Shown: positions 56,090 to 64,000 of the stretch, one piece after another
Layout: the number at the start of each line of letters is the position of its first letter
How positions within the stretch are numbered: position 1 is the stretch's first letter
DNA from: Octopus vulgaris
Lineage: Eukaryota
DNA: 64,000 nt
Direction of reading: 5' to 3'
NCBI GenBank assembly: GCA_951406725.2
Contig: OX597820.1
Location: 124,868,001 to 124,932,000 of the forward strand
Position numbers and translations under genes: made by a program
The notes under the pieces: generated by a model
Seen by the model: the letters and a program-made list of their open reading frames with translations, nothing else
Databases searched by the model: none
What the model was told of the DNA's origin: nothing

Positions 56090-57995
56090 CTCTTGCTAGC
56101 ATTTCCCCATGTAATTGAATATGCCGAAACACTCAATTATCCATGAGTGTTGGATTATGTCGTTGCCTTTCTTATAATCTATCAATACCGTTGTTAAAGC
56201 TTTCCTCCTGGAATTCACTTTGTTTAGAACTGATTTCTCAAGTTATAATAGTCTATGCGTTTCTTTAAGCTTCTTCCTGCTACCCTTTTGCTTTTCTGGA
56301 AGGAAATTACGATTTTCAAAATACTCATAAAAGCTTACTGAGAATATTGCTGTTAACACCCTTCATAAGTAAGTGATTGATCTATAATTAGTAGTTATAC
56401 AGCCTTCGGTTTTGTCTTTCATAAGAAGTGCTGACTGCTCCCTAATTATCCAATCAGTAATGACCTCTCCATTCAGGAAACCTGAAGTATTTCTGTCAGT
56501 CTCCCTCCCTTGTATGTTTCTAAATTTCTTTAACGAATTCCTTTCATAATACGATCGATAATACGTGCCCCAATTGCAGTATCTGTCAATATCTAAGGTT
56601 GCATTTTAGGGAGATGTGCTATGTGCACTAATTACCAAAAGAATAATTGTGTTGTTAGTCGTCCACAGACTCTTCCACTCTCTGGTTAGATCTTGTTATG
56701 TATTCTATATCGACTCTGTTATCATAGAGAATTGCAAAGTCTATGATCTTATATTGCTTATGTTGCCCCCTATAATACTAAATTGTCATTTAACTTCGAG
56801 AGTATACTTAGTCTATGTGAGCATGTGCTGTAAGATACCATAATTCTTTGTCTCTGTCATAACATCTGGTTCATGTTCATAACACTTGTATGTAATCTCG
56901 AAATTACATAGCTAACATCCCCAAGCAATCTTCTATCTACATATTCAGCGCTTATACTCTTTATGCTAACTACTGTAATCACTCAAGAGATGATTGATGC
57001 TTACGTCTTCTTCCCGCAGATTCTATATTTGTCATCTGACTGATTATTTCGGTCTTTGCATTTATCAGATTCTGGATCCTCAGCAGCCCGAATTAGAACC
57101 AAGGTCTCTCGCTTCACGTCCATCAGCCATAACCAACCTTTTTTTTAGATTTCAATATCAACCACGGTTCGTTGCATGAATTGGCCGCCATATAATTCCA
57201 GTTCTTTCTATTTGCTTCCTTTGTTCATCTTTCTTCTCTAATTGAATTATATTACCGTTTCAACAACTCCTTGGACAGATTTAGCTGCTGATAGTATTCT
57301 TTCTTCATTCGGCACATCATTTTGTAATACTAATATTGCAGTACTAAGGATATTTTCTCTCTTTAGTAATTTTCTGCTCTCTTCCGTTATTAGTAGTTTG
57401 AGCCTGGTAATATTACTCTTAACGTGGTACATGCTGTGCATTGTGAGCAATTTCCTGGTGCTTCTATCCATGTTCTTTGACCCGGGCATTGCTCATATTG
57501 GAAATGAAGCAAAGCATCTTATTTCAGGATTGGCCAACGTATTAATACTTTAATATTTCCTAGGTTTAATTGTTTTACAAGCACCTTCCCAATTTTTCAA
57601 TTTTTTTTCTCTCTCATTTCTCCTCCTACCGTATTGCAGTCTCCTTAGTAATTTTGCAGCTTAGAGCTTATCTTCCGGCCTCTTTTCATAATTAGTCTGG
57701 TGAAATTATTTACTCCAAGCTGCATCCCAGTATACTTAGTAAATACACTTACTGTCTGGATTAGAGGAACCAAGTCTTTCTAATCCTTTGTATACAGTTT
57801 GAGATTATCCATATAAAACAGGTTTTCGTCGTCGCCGTCGCCCCCCCCCACCAGATAAAACTTGCTGTCTCTAAGAGGCAATCTTTCAGTAAGATGTCTA
57901 CCGGGCATTCTATTTGAATCTCCTGCAGCCATTTGCCTATATCTGGCTTACTTTTCCCAACGCATCAATTATTATAGGCACGAACTTTGCTGTTC
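56090..57995 (-). mobile_element. older R4/Dong-like fragments (RT N-part, RT C-part plus RLE, extra RLE C-terminus)
   Basis: FLPEKQKG and LIDYKKGNDIIQHSWIIEC (56090-56520); LFYMDNLKLY, DRSTRKLLTMHSMYHVKS, YEHEP, IIDFAI (56540-57830); VPIIIDALG...LLKDCLLETA (57860-57995). Confidence 0.75.
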
Positions 57996-59559
57996 GCATG
58001 TGTCATCGTTATTATTGTTATTATTATTATTATTATTATTATCCAATCTTTCAGAAATACATCAGATATTTCTATTCCCGACTCATAATGTATAGTACAT
58101 TGTAGAAAATAGATGTGAATATGTTTGATGTCTATACGTATAGAATTAAGAATATCCGAGGACAAATGTACTGAGGGACTAATTTCTTAACTGCTGTATC
58201 GTTATGAATTCAATAGCTAATTGAATATAATTCATTAGCGTCTCTGTTTCTCTCTACACAGCATTATATTCATTCGGCATCCTGTCGTTGATTATTCATA
58301 TACAAATGCCATCTTTCTTACGGAACATGATATCGTATTTATTATATGATATCATATGTATGTATTTATATTCTAAAATTCCATTAGATTTTATCTCGAT
58401 GATATTTGACACATTGACATGGACTTTTTTTTATTAGCAAATAAACCTGATTGACCACGTTATTTTGTCTCTAAATATATTTTGTGGGAAACATTATTGA
58501 ATATTCTACATAGTTTCAGAGAATATTGTGCGAACAGATATTACAGAATAATTTGTCAATTATTTTGTAAACGTTACACAAGAATTAATATGACTTTTCT
58601 ACTGCTCTAGACCCCAAGCATCAAATGTTGCTTCAATCCTTCAGTCACCAATTGAGATTAGAATCAACACCATGTTTCTCATGTGATATACGGTCTTATC
58701 AAAGCATAGTTGCTTTGAAAACAAAAATAATTTTGTTGGCGAACTATATTAGAATTAGTACAAGTTGTAAAAAGCAAGAATAGGTTGAAGAATACACTGT
58801 TATCATATAAGCAAGGAGGGAGAACCCTGGAAAATTGCCTTATTCCCCTACAACCTGGTAGTATATTATCACTTCCACATTAAATATTTTACTATACATA
58901 ATTACTGAATATCAATGTCAGTATACAATATCGTCTTTTCTCTTTTCTTTTTGAGATTCCTGATATTTCTAATTCATTTTCACAGAAACATGTGTTAATC
59001 GCAAATAGGATGTTCTTTTTACTATAGTTCGTCTTTTAGAACACGTCTCCAAATCCTGCCACGATTTCATTTCATTCGCCTTCAGTCATCTTTACAGACG
59101 GAATTTTACTTTCATCTTTACCCAGATATCTATAGCAATAAAATCTGTACAGTTTAATATGTTTCAGCATTGTGTTTTCATCCTATTCCGCATTTTCCAC
59201 TTCAACGGAATATGGAATGTTGACAATGTTGAAAGAAATTCCGAAGTTAAGAAAGAATTGCAGGGTTGCAAGCCTTATATTTTCTATTTGTATGTCGCTC
59301 ATCAACTTAGATCCCTTTATTTCCCTATGAAATGTGACTGTCATATTTAAAACTGAAAGCGAAATAAATATTTATCTCCTGTATACATTCATATGTTATA
59401 TAGAGACGCCTGTGAAACTTCCTGTGAAACTTTCTGTAATAGCATTGGTAGTTTTCAAAAATAATTTGCTTACTTGCTTAGCTGTTTTCTTGGAATAGGA
59501 GGCCTATTATTCGTAGTAACATGCCACCATGTAGATAAGGAAGAAATCAAATTATTATT

Positions 59560-59765
59560 GAGCTGACAGAACAGTTAGCAGCCGGACAAAATGCTTAGAG
59601 GCATTTCATCCGGCTTTACGTTCTGAGTTCAAATTCCACCGAGATTACATTTGCCTTTCATCCTTTCGGAGACGCTAAATTAAGTATCAATTGAACATTG
59701 ATGTTGATTTAATCGACTTACCCCTGCTTCTATATTGCTGGCCTTGAGCCAAAATTTGTAACCCA
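59560..59765 (+). mobile_element. tRNA-derived SINE family B (MetaSINE-like central domain)
   Basis: GAGCTGACAGAACAGTTAGC...GAGTTCAAATTCC B box, then GCCTTTCATCCTTTCGG...AAATTAAGTA core. Confidence 0.7.
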
Positions 59766-60051
59766 TCATTGTCATTGTCGTTGTCGTTGTTGTTATTTTT
59801 AAAATTCAGACTTTGTGAGTTTTTGCTATTGAACAAAGGATCTTGGTTTTTGTGTACCGTGGAATCGATTGTTTTTCAGGGAGAACGCCAATAAATATTA
59901 CGTACGTGAAAAGATTTAAGAGAAAACTACACTGAAATTTGTAGATATAAGACCAAAGGAAATTTGAAGGGCAATATTCAAAGATAATTAGTGATCCTGT
60001 TTCTCTTGAATCACATTTGGACACGTTTAATCAACATATATATATATATGC

Positions 60052-60092
<41 letters not shown>

Positions 60093-60095
<3 letters not shown>

Positions 60096-60260
60096 AGAGT
60101 TTACGAGAAAACACAAGACGAAGATAGGTGGTGTGCAAAACAAACAGATGTATTAGTATAACGCTCAGGAATAGAAAAAGTATTTTATGTTTCGCGCCCA
60201 CGTTCCTCTACAGAAAGGGACACAGAAAAAATGTGTGTACGGTCTAACGATCTATCATGG
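60093..60260 (-). mobile_element. Penelope-like terminal remnant
   Basis: Abuts (TA)n; GTATTAGTATAACGCTCAGG resembles the 12476 and 36860 termini; minus strand has a degenerate CTGTAGA...GCGAAACATA core. Confidence 0.5.
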
Positions 60261-61714
60261 TGAATATATATATAGAATAAATGTTTACACATATAAATAT
60301 AAATAACGTGAAATACACGAAGGGACGAACATAAAAAACAGACAGGTCATTCAAAGCCTTCATTCTTCAGTCAGAAACCGATTCATCATTGAAAATTTCG
60401 GCTGTTTAATTCTGAGATCTGCTCTGAATCGGCCAGCCCCAGAAGGAAAGAATGTAACGCAACAGAGACGAACATGAAACGAAAAAAACTTTTTTGAAGA
60501 CAGTAACGGTTAAAAACAAGGATGACACAGGCACCCTAGGGCTTTGAGACAAAATGAGACACAAAAACAATTTATCAGCAAGCGTGGAAAAACAATTACC
60601 TTTTCGGTGAGGGGACACATGTTGAACAAGCTGCCATTGGCAACGGAATGGCTGAGACAGCAAGTCGCAAGAGGGTTAGAGAGAGAAGGGGGTAAGAGAG
60701 AGGGAAAGAGGGACAGAGAGAGAGGGGTAAGAGAGAGGGAAATAGGGACAGAGAGAGAGAGGGGACCAAGGAGGGTGGAAGGCTGAGGACAGAAGCAGTG
60801 ACCAAGAGAGAGAGAGAGATAAGGAATCAGAGAGGCTGCGAGAAAAAGGCGCCAAAACAACTTGGCAAAGAAGCAATGGCGGAAGGGAAAGATAAAGTGT
60901 AAAGACATCGTGCAAGGCTGGAGATATGACAAACATAAAGAGATTTGTGCAAGTACGCTGCGAAAAAAAAAATATATATATATATATATATACATACATA
61001 TAAAACAGGCATGTCTCATTATATGTATTGCGAGATACGCATGACATTAAATTGCACCTCTTCCTGGTATGATAAACAACTAATAGCATACAAACAGCAC
61101 GCGTATACACTAAATTAGAGAAAGCTTGAAATGAGAAAATTACTACCACTGATATGTTAGATGATGTAAGAGATTAAATGAACGGTAAAAACAGAAACCA
61201 CACTGATTTTTAAATATTTTGGAAATCAAAGATTACAACATGCACAAATGAAGGAAATAAAATGTTAGGACAGACTATTCAAAATGTGTTAATTTACTAC
61301 CCAGAAGCTCACTTAAATACCAAAATGGAGTTTAGGTTTCTACTCTTTTTCTCAATCAGTAATTATGTTGGTTGTAATATTCTATACAGGACTCTTATTA
61401 CATAAGAAGACGCATACAATTACGAGAAAATAATAATAGTTGCGAGATTTAGCATATAACTCCTAACCTTTAATTCTCAAATGTTTTTTCACAAATAGAG
61501 CTCGAAAACCATTTTAAGGACAAAAAATAACTAGTAGAGAATGATATTAAACTAATAATGACAAATAGCTAAAAGGCACAAACGAAACTGAAAGAAAGAC
61601 GTTTGTGTGGAATTTCCTTTTAGAATATATTAATATTTAAAACAAACGCTTCAGAAAAAGAAGACAATTGTGAGAATATGAAACAATAATACACTCACAC
61701 ACACACACACACAG

Positions 61715-62892
61715 AGAAAAATATTCTGAGGAATTTTCATTCTTGATGCTCCAGATAGCACAGCTAAAACATTTGTAAAACATTGCTTCTCTCCAAGGTA
61801 AGGCTACAAAAAAAGAATTGCAGTTGCTGTGGCGTCTACTTGCATTGCTGAAACTCCACACTCAGGAGGACAAACAGCTCATGCTACCTTTAAATTACCG
61901 CTATACCTCTTCACAAGTGACAGTCCATTTTGTAACATAAGCAAAGCTTAGATGCAAAAGGTGTGTCGTGCTAATGCCACCTAATCATTTGGGATGAATG
62001 CAACATGTCACATAAAGGTGCAATGGAAGATCTTGATTGATAACACACAGCAGAAAAAGGAAGCGACAGTGAATCTATGGGAGGAGTTAAATTAGTTTTA
62101 TGAGGAGACTTCAGACATACATCAGCAGTCATTCTGAGACGAACAAGATCTGATGAAATAAAAGCATGCATTAAGTCTTCACACCTATGGAATACAGTGC
62201 AGAAATTCTTAGATACTAATGTATGAGCTTTACTTGTTGGGGAACAATGTGCGGAACAATGTTTGTTACAGCTGATCTATCAAAACAGGAAAGTAACATT
62301 TGATGGCAATGGTAATATCAATTCAGCTAATATTGCTATCATGGAATCCCCCGGCTGAATTGACGAACAGGGTATTTCCAGACTTAAGTAATAGTTATAA
62401 TTCATATAAATGGTTGTGTGAAATGGCAATTCTTGCTCCAAATATTAGAAAGTAGCAAGTATCAACCATGAATTAATGAATAAGATTGCAACAGTCATTA
62501 AATAGTACTAATCAGCAGATTCAGTCCGTCGTGAAAATCAATCTGCCCATTACACAACAGAGTTCTTTCATTCTCTCAATTCACTGAAACTCCTCCACGT
62601 AAACTTTTTCTGAACGAAGGAGTTATAATAATGATTCAACGTATGTGATATAATTTATCCCCCTTCATAAAAGTGGTAAATTTTGTATTTTCGCTTTTTT
62701 TGGATTATTATTATTTTTGCATTTTTGTACTATGAATTCAGAATTGATTTCTCAATTGAAGAATCAATTGTATCGCAATGGAAGAATAAATTGAATTTAG
62801 AATAACAAATTTCTATACAACATATTTTGCTTTTTTCTTCTAATATATAAGGAACACTGTCATTTCCGGGCAACGTCGAGTAACTCTGCTAA
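61715..62892 (+). mobile_element. Helitron remnant (PIF1-like helicase plus 3' terminus)
   Basis: FILDAPDSTAKTF, IAVAVASTCIA, GGQTAHATFKLP, LIIWDECNMSHK, GDFRH, ACIKSSHLW; 3' degenerate hairpin CCGGGCAACGTCGAG then CTAA|T (CTRR) at 62889-62892. Confidence 0.85.
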
Positions 62893-63149
62893 TTAATTTC
62901 TATTTATATATTCGTTTGTGTATGTATATATGTGTGAGTATGTGAGTAAGTGTAAAATTAAAAGTCTAAAAGCGAAGATAAATTAGGTTACGAAATGCTA
63001 CGTAAGAAATGTAGCACGAAATGAATCTCAACATCTATGCAGACGAAACGAAGAGACTATATAAAGAATATTTAAGATTACCAGAACTCACGACTGAAAC
63101 CAAAAGCTAAATTTACCATGGCACACAATCAAAATCTCCTCACCAGGAA

Positions 63150-63196
<47 letters not shown>

Positions 63197-63197
<1 letters not shown>

Positions 63198-63305
63198 CAC
63201 CGTGACCAACCAGGCTATCTTATGTTGCTACACATCGCTGGTCACAATGCGCTTCGCATTGTTTTAGCCTTCAAAGGACGCCACCCCACTGGTTAAGCGA
63301 GCAGG

Positions 63306-63308
<3 letters not shown>
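63197..63308. mobile_element. short GC-richer repeat fragment (probable LINE 3' end) embedded in (TA)n
   Basis: Flanked by (TA)n on both sides; contains the hairpin ACAATGCG-CTT-CGCATTGT. Confidence 0.45.
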
Positions 63309-63345
<37 letters not shown>

Positions 63346-64000
63346 AGTGTGTGTGTATGTGTGTGCGTGCGTGTGTGTATGTGTGTGTGTGTGTGTGTGC
63401 GTGTGTGTGTGTGTAGCAAAGCAGAGTGCTTACGTAAATTACCATTATGTTGAATTTGAGATACAATTTAATACGTTGTCTCTAACTGCCTTACCTTAGC
63501 CAAGTTAAAATAAAATGTTCGACTAAGTGTATTGAGCGTTTGAATATACTGGAAATCATGAATTACTAAGAGAAATATATTTCAATAAATACACAAGAGA
63601 ATATATTTCAGAGAGACACAAAACGACAAAATCCTGGTTATACCAATCTTCACAGACACCGGCACGAATGTAATTCAGCTGATATTGTTTTCAAGTCCCG
63701 CTGGGAATGAAATTGCTTACTAATCAAAGTAAGATACGTACAAGGCATTAATGTATAACTGAAAGTAATGGGAGAATTTTCTAACTCAAAGTTCTCGCCG
63801 TATAGTTAACCAAAATGTTGAGACTGAGATTTATATTGATTAAGGATTATAATAATGATAATAATAAATCATTCTTTTTTAGCCATAGGGGCTCACATGC
63901 AATAACATTAAATATTCTGCGCACTGCTTGTCAGTTGCTTGACCTTAACCAGTTGAGCATGTCCATTAGTTGCTGACGATATGTGCATCTCTGATCACGA

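Overview
AT-rich, repeat-dense eukaryotic DNA that looks intronic or intergenic; I found no convincing host exon. The SINE and microsatellite repertoire resembles an Octopus (cephalopod) genome, which is my recognition rather than a database result. Contents: very long (TA)n arrays; several tRNA-derived SINE families; three copies of one CR1-group LINE family, all ending in (TA)n, two of them inverted around a TA spacer; Penelope-like remnants (GIY-YIG fragment, hammerhead-like termini); a nest of R4/Dong-like fragments; RTE, mariner/Tc1 and Helitron fossils; and MITEs. Most notable: (1) a 1.66-kb ORF1-only (Gag-like CCHC knuckle, no RT) non-LTR element with an exact 16-bp TSD inside a SINE tRNA-like head, itself inside a MITE; (2) a ~315-bp foldback whose arms each carry a minimal hammerhead-ribozyme motif; (3) an unexplained mosaic of permuted inverted and direct repeats at 43.6-44.8 kb. 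Most long ORFs in the track are microsatellite artefacts. Element boundaries were read by eye.
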